A stretch of 64,000 nucleotides of DNA, from assembly GCA_964632255.1 (NCBI GenBank), contig CAZWCA010000004.1, positions 489 to 64,488 on the forward strand, read 5' to 3'. Source of the DNA: an uncultured Smithella sp. GTDB lineage: Bacteria > Desulfobacterota > Syntrophia > Syntrophales > Smithellaceae. The notes beneath the pieces were generated by a model. It was given only the letters and a program-made list of their open reading frames with translations, made no database searches and was not told the DNA's origin. Positions 26,555 through 35,617 of the stretch are shown here, in pieces. Position numbers and translations under genes: made by a program. The first letter of the stretch is position 1; every line of letters starts with the position of its first letter.

Positions 26555-28681
26555 TTATTGTTTAATGCTCATCAATACCGACATCATTTGATCCTCGGTT
26601 GTTACAACTTTAGCATTGGCCTGATAAGCCTTTTGCGCTGTAATCATTTTAACGAACTCCGAAGCGATATCCGTGTTGGACATTTCCAGTGTACTTGGGG
26701 TCAGTGAGCCCATTCCGGAAGCACCCGGTATATTGCGGAGTGATGATCCGGAGGTGATGGTTTCACCAAAAAGATTTTTTCCCAATTTACTGAGCCCCCA
26801 TGGATTGGGAAATGAAGCCAGAATAAGTTGCGCAAGTTCAGATGTCTGACCGTTGGTAAAAAATCCGCTGATTTTGCCGTCGTTATCAATGGATAATGAC
26901 TTTAGCTGACCGGAGGCGTAACCATCGGCGCTTATGGAACGGGTAACCGAAGAGGAAGAGTATTGCGTAATATCAAGGGCGCCATCTCCTACCAATTTCC
27001 ATTTTATATTCCCTTCAGTGCCAATTGTCGCCCCCCCGTTAAGAGGCGGAGTGGTATAAGTAAGTGTAATATCATTAATGGCTGAGGGTGTATTGGTCAG
27101 TGTGAAGACCGCCGTGTCTCCGTTAGCCCAAACACTGGTAGGGGTTAAAGTTATATCTGTAGTACCGGTACCGTCGAGACTGATCGTGACAGGTTCTGTA
27201 AGACCGGGGGAAGTCACAATGGCTTTAGCATATACGCTACCGCCTTCTACACGCCAGGCCGCCCCATCTCTGGTTATCCGTATTTCTCCTGTCTGATAAA
27301 TCATGCCCGGCCGGTCAAGTGTAACTGTTGCCGTAGACGCATCGGGAACATTATTCAGTGTAAATGTGGCCGTATCATCGTTCGCCCAGGTGCCGGCTAA
27401 AGCTAAATGCGCATCTGTTATACCATCACCATCAAGATCGACATTCACTGTTGTCGCGTTGGCGGAAACAATATTGGCATTGGTGTATCCGCCTTTGTTA
27501 GAGATTGACCAGGAGTTGGTGCTGATATCATCGCACTTTAAAGTCATTGTACCGGTCAGAGAAACCGCTCCCGGATGATCCAGAGCGGCAGTTGCGGTAG
27601 CAGCGTGAGTCAAGCTTAAAGATACTGTGCCATCGGCTCCGGCAGTTGCCGGAGTAAAATGTAAATCAGGGCCACCCACACCGTCGAGATTAATGTTGAT
27701 TACACCGCCGACATCAGTTAAAGTGGCTCCGGCAAAGCCGCCGTCATTGGAAAGGGTCCAAGTTCCGGCAACCTCATCCCATGAGCAAACTAAGTTACCT
27801 ACGCTGTTTTTATAAATATTTGCCGCCTGATCTACAATAATTCCGCCTGGTACAGTAATTCCGCCCGTCGTTCCGGCAAGAGCAGCTGAACTGGCGTGAG
27901 AAACAGTACCGACACTGCTCACTGTATTATGCTCGGCTGTGATCGTACTGGAGGTTCCCGTGTACAACCCCGTGCAAATACCATCAGAATTAAAAATAAA
28001 TCCGTTGGCGGAAATTGAATTTACCGGGCTTGAATCCAGAAAGCATTGCACCGACCAGCAACTGGCCGAATCATCCGCTCCGGCATATGCTGTTTTAGTA
28101 AAAGTGGTATTCAACGTATGTTTGGCACCCAGAGAATCATACACGGTTTGCGTCGTGGTATATTTTCCGCCGGTGGCGGTTGTGGCATTTAAATTAGCGC
28201 CTAGAGAAACGGTTGTGGTCACAGCAGGCGCAGATTGCAGCCCCTGCAGATTAATATCTCCCAGAGGACTCAACACACCGTTTATAATCATTTGCCCCTG
28301 AACTTTATAATCATTGATATCCACCAGCAGACCATCGGAATTCAAATGAAACGCACCTGCGCGGGTATAATAAGTACCGCCTTCGGCGTCGTTTACCATA
28401 AAGAAGCCGTCCCCATCAATGGCCGTGTCCGTAGCGTTGCCTGTGGACTGAAATGATCCGGCGCCGAATTGCGTCTGAACTTCGGAAACGGCAACACCAC
28501 GCCCCACCTGCATTGTTCCCGATGCACCGCCCGAAATACTGGAACTCAATACATCTCCAAAGAACGTCTCGCCGGATTTAAAACCGATTGTATTCACATT
28601 AGCCAGATTGTTGGCAATAACGTCCAGTTGCTTGGAGCTGGCGCTTAATCCCGATATCCCCGCCCATAGTGCACTGCCCAT
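26555..28681 (-). CDS. flgE: Flagellar hook protein, expanded (708 aa)
   Basis: N-terminal SGLSASSKQLDVIANNLANVNTIGFK, DGDGFFMV, and C-terminal LEMSNTDIASEFVKMITAQKAYQANAKV. It lies downstream of flgD. Confidence 0.94.
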   Translation of the reverse strand: MGSALWAGISGLSASSKQLDVIANNLANVNTIGFKSGETFFGDVLSSSISGGASGTMQVGRGVAVSEVQTQFGAGSFQSTGNATDTAIDGDGFFMVNDAEGGTYYTRAGAFHLNSDGLLVDINDYKVQGQMIINGVLSPLGDINLQGLQSAPAVTTTVSLGANLNATTATGGKYTTTQTVYDSLGAKHTLNTTFTKTAYAGADDSASCWSVQCFLDSSPVNSISANGFIFNSDGICTGLYTGTSSTITAEHNTVSSVGTVSHASSAALAGTTGGITVPGGIIVDQAANIYKNSVGNLVCSWDEVAGTWTLSNDGGFAGATLTDVGGVININLDGVGGPDLHFTPATAGADGTVSLSLTHAATATAALDHPGAVSLTGTMTLKCDDISTNSWSISNKGGYTNANIVSANATTVNVDLDGDGITDAHLALAGTWANDDTATFTLNNVPDASTATVTLDRPGMIYQTGEIRITRDGAAWRVEGGSVYAKAIVTSPGLTEPVTISLDGTGTTDITLTPTSVWANGDTAVFTLTNTPSAINDITLTYTTPPLNGGATIGTEGNIKWKLVGDGALDITQYSSSSVTRSISADGYASGQLKSLSIDNDGKISGFFTNGQTSELAQLILASFPNPWGLSKLGKNLFGETITSGSSLRNIPGASGMGSLTPSTLEMSNTDIASEFVKMITAQKAYQANAKVVTTEDQMMSVLMSIKQ
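27092..27835 (-). repeat. Three tandem copies of the shared insertion module inside FlgE (aa ~283-530)
   Basis: Copy A: LVCSWDEVAGTWTLSNDGGFAGATL...VININLDGVGGPDL. Copy B: LKCDDISTNSWSISNKGGYTNANIV...VNVDLDGDGITDAHLALAGTWANDDTATFTL. Copy C: IRITRDGAAWRVEGGSVYAKAIV...VTISLDGTGTTDITLTPTSVWANGDTAVFTL. Confidence 0.75.
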
Positions 28682-28714
28682 AATATATTCCTCCTGTCTA
28701 TGCTGTTTATGGAA

Positions 28715-29377
28715 TTAATTTGTTGGTTTAGTTATTGATATAATTTTCGAGAAGGCCACGTCCTGACCGTTTATGGTCAGATAGGCCGTGTCATCTTTAA
28801 ACGTAACTCCGGTAACTGTGCCGGAAATTAATGTCGTGGCGGTCACGGCCTTTCCACTTTTATCCTGGGCGCTGATATCAAAGGTGTATTCGCCGGGACT
28901 GACACTGCTGGTATTCCATGAAATAAAATTGATGCCCGAGCTCATGTTGCCCAAGTCGGCACTGCCCACTTCGGCGCCGTTTGAGTCATAAATTTTAAGA
29001 GTTCCGCTGGCGATATCCGAAGGCAGACTGAAAGAAATATCGGTTTGGGAACCGCTGACGGTAATGGTATTTCCGGAAGCGGTGGCTACATCGCCGATTA
29101 AGTCCGACATTTGGGCATTGCTGAATGCCTGCAGATAAGTAGGCAAGGAGCTCATCGTCGTATTTAAGTTGCTCAATTGCTGCAATGAAGAAAACTGCGC
29201 CAGTTGAGCGGCAAAATCTTTACCTTCCATAGGATTCAGCGGATCCTGGTTTCTTAATTCGGCCAGAAGCATGGTCATAAATTCATCCTGCCCCAAAGAA
29301 GAGGCACTGCCTGTTGATTTTGAACTGCTTGTTGTACCGCTCGTGAGACCTGCTGTTACATAATCTACTGTCGTCAT
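28715..29377 (-). CDS. flgD: Hook capping/scaffold protein FlgD
   Basis: ATG 29377 has a GGGGAGGGAAA RBS; the ORF extends to 29407. Contains LGQDEFMTMLLAELRNQDPLNPM and a FlgD Ig-like C-terminal part. Confidence 0.93.
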   Translation of the reverse strand: MTTVDYVTAGLTSGTTSSSKSTGSASSLGQDEFMTMLLAELRNQDPLNPMEGKDFAAQLAQFSSLQQLSNLNTTMSSLPTYLQAFSNAQMSDLIGDVATASGNTITVSGSQTDISFSLPSDIASGTLKIYDSNGAEVGSADLGNMSSGINFISWNTSSVSPGEYTFDISAQDKSGKAVTATTLISGTVTGVTFKDDTAYLTINGQDVAFSKIISITKPTN

Positions 29378-29399
29378 TTTCCCTCCCCATATTGCCCTT

Positions 29400-31079
29400 T
29401 CAGGCAAATAAACTAATATTATCCGTTGATATTCCGGATACGGTTCCGGATCTCATGGAAATAGTTGCGCCGGCCGGAACTTTTTCCTCAGGCTTATTCT
29501 GTTGATTGTTACCGTTTTGCCTTGAACCACTTTCCTGATAGAATGTCTGCCGGCTGAAATTTTGTTGATATTCACCCCGGTTGTCCTGCATGAACACATC
29601 ACAGCGGTCAATTGTCAGTCCCTGATTTTGCAGACCACCTTTTAATTTATCGATATGAATATTCAATGTTTGTTGAACATCTTTATTATCGGCAACCAAT
29701 ACGACGTCTACCTTTCCATTGCGGACGGTTACGTCCATTTCCAGTCTCCCCAAAGAAGGCGGATCTAACGTAATTTTTATCCGTCCGCCTTCATTTACCG
29801 CCGCTTCTTTAATTTCACCTGTTATCTGCCCGACTAGTTTATCAGCGGAAACATCATTGATTCTCTCATTTCCTGCGTAATTGCCGGCGAATGTATTAAC
29901 CGAACCCAAAGGAACCTCTTCCCTGCCTTTTTCATTCGCAATATTTTTTCCTTTTTGTTCAAATTTGATACCGGATACTTCTCTTGCGACTACCTGCACC
30001 TTTTCCGCCTGAAATTTATTTCCGGAAGCAGGATTGGTGGTATCCGGACGCTGTTGTTTTTCTGCAAAATGAATACTTTTCTCTTTGCCCATTTGAGACT
30101 CTTTTATTTCAGGCATGCTTGAACTGATTTTAGTGCCGGATTCAGAATCTTCATTTTTTGCATCTTCAGGCGGAACAGCTTGACTTATTGAATTTTCTTT
30201 GAAGGTTTTAGATGAATCAAGGTTGATTTTATCAAAAACTTTCTCTGCAAGCTGATCGGGATTTTCCAAGTAATTCATCATCTGCTGTTTTACTGTTTTT
30301 TCAGAATCGTTTATTGCAGACTCCTTGTCTTTATTCTGCATGTTAAAAGCAGTTTCGCTATCGGCAGCTTCTTTTTCCAGCCTTGACTGAAAGTTGGCGT
30401 TATCAGCTTTTACTGCATCAAACTTATTAGCGGCTGTATTTGTCGATTCCATTTTCATTATTTCAATTTGAGCTTCTTCGGAAGATTGATCCCCTTGAAG
30501 AAAGTTATTCTTCACTGTTTCCAAAGTCATTAAACCTGGCTGATTCAAGGCTGCATTTTGATTGTTTAGTGTTGCTGATTCATTTTTTTCATTGCTTTTT
30601 TCTGATTCCGGTTTTTTTCCCGTAATTGCAGATAACGCATCCGCTGCATTGCCTTTGCTTAAAACTTCCTCTTGATTGTTGACTTGTTCAACGCTTGCCG
30701 AAAATAAATGATTTATTACTCCCGTATCTGTTTTATTATTTAACCGATTCATTTCATTTAACAGATTATGAACGGAAATATCTTTTTGACCTTTTTGTTC
30801 CTCGTCTATGCCAGCCGTTTCCCGGGACAATGCCTGTTCAAGACCAATATTTATCTTTGCCGTATTGTCACAATCAGAATGTTTATCGGCCTGAGACATT
30901 TGCTGATTCAGGAAGTGAAGAAAAGGAACAAGATTATTCACATCTTCATCTTTTGCGGATTGATCATTTGCATTTCTAATCTTGTCAATAGAAGAACCGG
31001 TCATTTTAAACAAGCCTGCAAACTCAAGTCCTTTATTTTGAGCATTTTCTCCGGATGTTGCCGGTATTATCTGTCCCAT
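29400..31079 (-). CDS. fliK: Hook-length control protein FliK
   Basis: Low-complexity N-terminal ruler. C-terminal Flg_hook motif GRIKITLDPPSLGRLEMDVTVRNGKVDVVLVADNKDVQQTL. Position is upstream of flgD. Confidence 0.88.
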   Translation of the reverse strand: MGQIIPATSGENAQNKGLEFAGLFKMTGSSIDKIRNANDQSAKDEDVNNLVPFLHFLNQQMSQADKHSDCDNTAKINIGLEQALSRETAGIDEEQKGQKDISVHNLLNEMNRLNNKTDTGVINHLFSASVEQVNNQEEVLSKGNAADALSAITGKKPESEKSNEKNESATLNNQNAALNQPGLMTLETVKNNFLQGDQSSEEAQIEIMKMESTNTAANKFDAVKADNANFQSRLEKEAADSETAFNMQNKDKESAINDSEKTVKQQMMNYLENPDQLAEKVFDKINLDSSKTFKENSISQAVPPEDAKNEDSESGTKISSSMPEIKESQMGKEKSIHFAEKQQRPDTTNPASGNKFQAEKVQVVAREVSGIKFEQKGKNIANEKGREEVPLGSVNTFAGNYAGNERINDVSADKLVGQITGEIKEAAVNEGGRIKITLDPPSLGRLEMDVTVRNGKVDVVLVADNKDVQQTLNIHIDKLKGGLQNQGLTIDRCDVFMQDNRGEYQQNFSRQTFYQESGSRQNGNNQQNKPEEKVPAGATISMRSGTVSGISTDNISLFA

Positions 31080-31111
31080 GTTCTTCCTCTAATCTTTTCT
31101 ACAGACTAATG

Positions 31112-31127
31112 AGCAAAAGGCATGCCA
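31112..31127 (-). promoter_or_regulatory. sigma-54 promoter for fliK-flgD-flgE
   Basis: Minus strand TGGCAT-gcctt-TTGCT, about 33 nt upstream of the fliK ATG. Confidence 0.7.
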
Positions 31128-31345
31128 TTAATCATATTGGTTTTTGTTATTTAATAACGGCAAGTTACAAATCAATGTCTTTTGGGGAAATTAATAATGG
31201 GAAAATATTTCCGGGCCGATACAGTAAATATGGATCATTATCTCAGACTTTATTCAGAGCACGAAGCGCGACAACGGGAAAGGAAGGTAAAGGAAAATGG
31301 TATGGTATTTACCGAGTAGAAAGTAACTTGCTGCCTGTACCATCG

Positions 31346-31376
31346 ACAAAAAAAGCCCCCATAATAGAGGGCTTTC
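31346..31376 (-). terminator. Rho-independent terminator ending the flgB...ylxF-like operon
   Basis: Minus strand AAAGCCC-tctattatgg-GGGCTTT followed by TTTT, about 105 nt after the stop at 31482. Confidence 0.5.
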
Positions 31377-31481
31377 AACGGCAATGAAAATCAAATCCTG
31401 AGAAGGTCGAAACCAAACGAATTATAATCTATTTCTAAAAGCCGGCAATAACTTCAGCAAGGTCAGCTTTGGACAGCGGCA

Positions 31482-32108
31482 TTAGTCAGTTTGACGACCT
31501 CCGTTGCGGGTTATCTCTTTCGTGATCTCGGCAGCTTTTTGTGGTGTAATATATCCCCAGACGGCACCCGCCTTATCTTTCTTCATATTCATGGTAAGTC
31601 CCGCTGCTGTCTTTATGTCCAGTTGCTCCAGCATTTTTCCGGCCTTTGCCGGAGGAGCAGACTCATAAACTTTCGCCAAATCCTTGTATCTCTTTGTTTC
31701 CGCGGCTTTGCCGGCATCCAGGGATGAAGTTAATTTTTCTTCCTGACTTTTTAATAATGCAATCTTATCGGTTATTTCTTTTCTTAATGCAAGAAGGCGC
31801 TGCTCATCCGCGCGAAGATTACTTTCCCGAATATCCAATTCATTCTTCCTGGCTATAAGTGCAGCCGCTAAATCTTTCTCTTTAGACAGATCATCATTGG
31901 AAATCCCATTCGCCGTCTGTTCCTGGGGCGCAGGGGCAATTGCCGAAGGAAGAACCGATGCGGGCCGCTGTTGCGCCAGGGCTTGGCTGGTAACAAGTGA
32001 TGTTGCAGGGAGAATATCCTGCTTTTTGATAAGGCCGATTACTAATGCAACTTTAGTAAGAATCAAAATTAATATCAGTATCTGGGCGCCGATTAACAGT
32101 TTTTTCAT
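31482..32108 (-). CDS. YlxF/MotE-like flagellar protein (MgtE-N-like C-terminal region)
   Basis: N-terminal TM segment, coiled coil, and C-terminal YESAPPAKAGKMLEQLDIKTAAGLTMNMKKDKAGAVWGYITPQKAAEITKEI. It occupies the ylxF slot between fliJ and fliK, as in the Bacillus fla/che order. Confidence 0.55.
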   Translation of the reverse strand: MKKLLIGAQILILILILTKVALVIGLIKKQDILPATSLVTSQALAQQRPASVLPSAIAPAPQEQTANGISNDDLSKEKDLAAALIARKNELDIRESNLRADEQRLLALRKEITDKIALLKSQEEKLTSSLDAGKAAETKRYKDLAKVYESAPPAKAGKMLEQLDIKTAAGLTMNMKKDKAGAVWGYITPQKAAEITKEITRNGGRQTD

Positions 32109-32545
32109 TTTTCTCTCCTGCCGAATTTTAATACAGCCATTTCATCGGAGTTTTTTTGTTCAAATGCCCGCTCAGCATTAGCATATTCTTCAGCATGCCG
32201 GTCTTTGAGCATTTCGATGACCTTTCTTTTTTTTACTGCTTCCAGTAACTCTACTCTTTTGGCTTCCAGTTGTTCGGATGCCTGGGCAATTACTATATTT
32301 TGCTTTTTTTCATTTTCTCTGATCCGCTCGATATAAGAAACATAGCGGGCTATGTCGTCAATAGGCAGTGATTTGTTTTGCGTGTTTCTCAATTCGCCGA
32401 TTGAATTGTTTCTTTCTTCGATCAATTTTTGCAGCTTTAATTCTTCCAATTCGAGTTCGCGCTTTTTTTCCGAAAAGGCATTAAGAGTTCTTTCTTCGAT
32501 ATTTTTTCTATAATCTAAAACTGTTTGAAGAGAAAAAACAAACAT
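32105..32545 (-). CDS. fliJ: Export chaperone/stalk protein FliJ
   Basis: 146-aa coiled coil. N-terminal FSLQTVLDYRKNIEE. Downstream of fliI. Confidence 0.85.
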   Translation of the reverse strand: MFVFSLQTVLDYRKNIEERTLNAFSEKKRELELEELKLQKLIEERNNSIGELRNTQNKSLPIDDIARYVSYIERIRENEKKQNIVIAQASEQLEAKRVELLEAVKKRKVIEMLKDRHAEEYANAERAFEQKNSDEMAVLKFGRREK

Positions 32546-32551
32546 AATTCC

Positions 32552-33877
32552 TTATTTATTTTTAAGAAGTTCCAAAAGCTGGTGAACCGCCGATGCAAAG
32601 TCGATTCTTTCTCCTATATTTTGTTTGAGAAAAGAATTGACCTTATCGATCATTTTGATGGCGTAATCTATTTCCGGATTGGAACCCTGCACATAAGCGC
32701 CGATGTTGATCAAATCCTCTGCCTTCTTATAAGTGGCAACAATTCTTAAAAGTTCGCCGGCTTTCTCTTTTTGTTCTTTATTGACAATATCGATCATCAC
32801 CCTGCTGATGCTTTGCAGGACATCAATTGCCGGATAATGATTTTTATGGGCAAGGCTGCGGGAAAGCGAAATGTGGCCATCCAGTATTGAGCGCGCCGCA
32901 TCGGAAATCGGTTCATTAAAGTCATCGCCCTCGACTAAAACGGTGTAAAGTCCTGTTACCGAGCCTACTCCTTCAACAATTCCGGAGCGTTCCAGCAGTT
33001 TTGGAAGCAAACTGAAGACGGAAGGCGTATAACCTTTTGTAGTAGGCGGTTCACCGACAGATAAGCCTACTTCTCTCTGGGCCATGGCAAATCTGGTTAA
33101 AGAATCAACCATCAAAAGGACATCATTGCCTTGATCACGAAAGTATTCAGATACTGTCGTGGCAACATAGGCGGCCCTCATGCGAACCAGCGGATGCATA
33201 TCCGATGCCGCAACAACAACAACCGATCTTCTGAGGCCTTCTTCTCCCAGGTTCTTTTCCAGAAATTCCCGGACCTCCCTGCCCCGTTCCCCAATCAATC
33301 CGATTACATTTACATCTGCTTTCGTGTTCAGAGCAATCATTCCCATGAGCACACTTTTGCCTACGCCCGATCCGGCAAAAATACCCATCCTCTGCCCCTT
33401 GCCGCAGGTAAAAAGCGCATTGAGCGAACGGATGCCTAAATCCATGGGTTCAATAATACGGCCCCGGTCCAGAGGATTAATCGGATCTGCATAAATCGGA
33501 TATTCATCGGCGAAATTAATCGGTCCTTTGTTGTCAATGGGATTTCCCAATCCGTCGATCACTCTTCCCAAAAGGCCATTGCCTACTCCTATTGAAGCTT
33601 TTCGTCCGAGTGAAAGTATTTTACAGCCCGGCCCTAATCCCTGAATGCTTTGCAAAGGCATTAAAAGGACACGCCCCTTTTTGAAACCAACTACCTCCGC
33701 CTCCAGCAGAGCATCGCCATTCACCGGCATTATGCCGCATATGTCGCCTATTGACGCCGCCGGTCCGCTCCCTTCAACGATTAATCCCACTATTTCAGTC
33801 ACCTTGCCGTTGACACGAATCGGATTAATTCGTTCCAAAAGCTTTTCATATCTGGTCAAATCGATAGCTTCGTTCAT
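32552..33877 (-). CDS. fliI: Flagellum-specific ATPase FliI
   Basis: Walker A GSGVGKSVL, Walker B VLLMVDSLTRFA, F1-ATPase-like fold signature. Confidence 0.96.
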   Translation of the reverse strand: MNEAIDLTRYEKLLERINPIRVNGKVTEIVGLIVEGSGPAASIGDICGIMPVNGDALLEAEVVGFKKGRVLLMPLQSIQGLGPGCKILSLGRKASIGVGNGLLGRVIDGLGNPIDNKGPINFADEYPIYADPINPLDRGRIIEPMDLGIRSLNALFTCGKGQRMGIFAGSGVGKSVLMGMIALNTKADVNVIGLIGERGREVREFLEKNLGEEGLRRSVVVVAASDMHPLVRMRAAYVATTVSEYFRDQGNDVLLMVDSLTRFAMAQREVGLSVGEPPTTKGYTPSVFSLLPKLLERSGIVEGVGSVTGLYTVLVEGDDFNEPISDAARSILDGHISLSRSLAHKNHYPAIDVLQSISRVMIDIVNKEQKEKAGELLRIVATYKKAEDLINIGAYVQGSNPEIDYAIKMIDKVNSFLKQNIGERIDFASAVHQLLELLKNK

Positions 33878-33936
33878 AATTACATTATCTGAGAGTGATA
33901 TAGCACCAAGCAGGCAGCGTCTGATCCGGAATGGAA

Positions 33937-34617
33937 TTAAAGCTTCAGCATCGCCGTCTTTATCTCTTTTAACTGACTTTCCAGTCTGGCATCAACTTCA
34001 CCAAACATTGTTTCCACAACTGCCCCCCCTCTTTTGATGGACAGATCTTCTTCAAAGATGACATTTCGGACACCGTCAATTGACTGCAAAAAATCTTTCT
34101 TTACTTCCATTATATGCCGGAAATCCTGAGGGTTAATTCTGATCTTCATTCCTTCTGTTTCTGAGATATTCCTCAGTACGCCTTTGAGCACTCCCAAAAT
34201 AACTTCTTTTCTTGTTGCCACTTCCTGATTAATTATTTTTTCAGCAATGGCGAGCGCCAATTTAACTATCTGTTCCTCCATTTTTGCCACAATATCTTTT
34301 CGAACAGGGGGCATTTTTTCGATCATCGCAGCAATGGCATCAAGTACCGGAGAAATCTCTTTTTTTTGAAATTCCAAGCCTTCATTAAATCCTTTTCGAT
34401 AATACTCATCACTCACCCGGCTGAGATGCTGTTCCATTTCAGCCTTGAGTTTTTCCTGCTGGATTTGATCCGGCGCCGGCGATGATTCGGCCTCTGCCGG
34501 TAAATTAGCCCCCTCTTTTTTATAAGGAAAATTCTGGGATAAAGATACCGGTTTGCGGGAATCAATTACCTCGCTGGCCTTAATAACCTTAGCTTTATAC
34601 GAATCCATCTTCTTCAT
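33937..34617 (-). CDS. fliH: FliI regulator FliH
   Basis: 226 aa between fliG and fliI. Contains EGLEFQKKE..., and C-terminal RINPQDF...GGAVVETMFGEVDARLESQL. Confidence 0.85.
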   Translation of the reverse strand: MKKMDSYKAKVIKASEVIDSRKPVSLSQNFPYKKEGANLPAEAESSPAPDQIQQEKLKAEMEQHLSRVSDEYYRKGFNEGLEFQKKEISPVLDAIAAMIEKMPPVRKDIVAKMEEQIVKLALAIAEKIINQEVATRKEVILGVLKGVLRNISETEGMKIRINPQDFRHIMEVKKDFLQSIDGVRNVIFEEDLSIKRGGAVVETMFGEVDARLESQLKEIKTAMLKL

Positions 34618-35587
34618 CGCCGCGCAGAATGACTATTCTGCCTTCTGCTTCCAGTTTTTTAGTTACTTCCACAATCTTACGCTGACTTGCTTCCACTTCG
34701 GAAATTCTGATCGGCGGCATAAGTGTAATCTCTTCCCGTAACATTTCCGCACCGCGTTTGGACATATTCTTGAAAATCTTTTCGCGCATTGTTTCATCAA
34801 CCATTTTCAGCGCACGAGCCAAATCTTCAGAACTGACATCTTTCATTAATTCCTGGAGTGATTTGTCATCCAGCTTCAAAACATCATCGAAGCTGAACAT
34901 GAAGTTGCGGATTTGAGCCGCCAATTCCGGCTCGGAATCTTCAAGTGACGTCATAATGGCATTTTCCGTGGAACGGTTCATCCGGTTCAGAATATTCGCC
35001 ATCAATTCGGCGCCACCCAACTGTTGATCAACCGTATTGCCGATAATCAATTCTTTCTCCAGTGTACTGGCGATTTCCTCAATAAATTCCTTGGGCACAC
35101 TTTTGAGAGTAGCCATACGCTTGGAAATTTCATACTGAATATCCGGAGAGAAATGTTCCAGCACTTGGGCTGATTTCTCCGGTTTCAAATGAACCAGAAT
35201 CAAGGCTATCGTTTGCGGGTGTTCCGTTCGGGTGAAATCCGCCAATACTTTGGGATCAATATCATGTAATCTGTCAATAATAGGATTATCAACAGTTGAA
35301 TTCTCAACTTCGGTTAAAATCGTTTGAGCATCTTTTTCACCCAATGCCAAAACAACAAGATTTTTTGGAGCGCCTTCCCGCACCGAAATCATTCCGCCCC
35401 GCTCTTTAGCCATGGTACAAAATTCTTTGGCCACGGCACTCAGAGTTTCTGAAGGGATACTCGTAACCCGGCTCATTTGTTTTCCCAATTTGCGAATTTC
35501 CGCCGGCCGCAAATTCTTCATAACATTTGCCGCTAAATCTTCATCTAATGATAACAGCAATATTGCCGCTTTTTCTTCGCCTGTCAT
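34595..35587 (-). CDS. fliG: Rotor switch protein FliG
   Basis: GEEKAAILLLSLDEDLAANVMKNL, and a C-terminal torque helix region SKRGAEMLREEI. Confidence 0.96.
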   Translation of the reverse strand: MTGEEKAAILLLSLDEDLAANVMKNLRPAEIRKLGKQMSRVTSIPSETLSAVAKEFCTMAKERGGMISVREGAPKNLVVLALGEKDAQTILTEVENSTVDNPIIDRLHDIDPKVLADFTRTEHPQTIALILVHLKPEKSAQVLEHFSPDIQYEISKRMATLKSVPKEFIEEIASTLEKELIIGNTVDQQLGGAELMANILNRMNRSTENAIMTSLEDSEPELAAQIRNFMFSFDDVLKLDDKSLQELMKDVSSEDLARALKMVDETMREKIFKNMSKRGAEMLREEITLMPPIRISEVEASQRKIVEVTKKLEAEGRIVILRGDEEDGFV

Positions 35588-35617
35588 CGGATTTTATCCT
35601 TACAATTCAAAGGGATT

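Noticed and set aside
31055-31387. 110-aa plus-strand ORF in the fliK upstream intergenic region.
   Set aside because: It has no RBS and odd composition. It overlaps the sigma-54 promoter (31112-31127) and the terminator hairpin (31346-31376) of the minus-strand operons.
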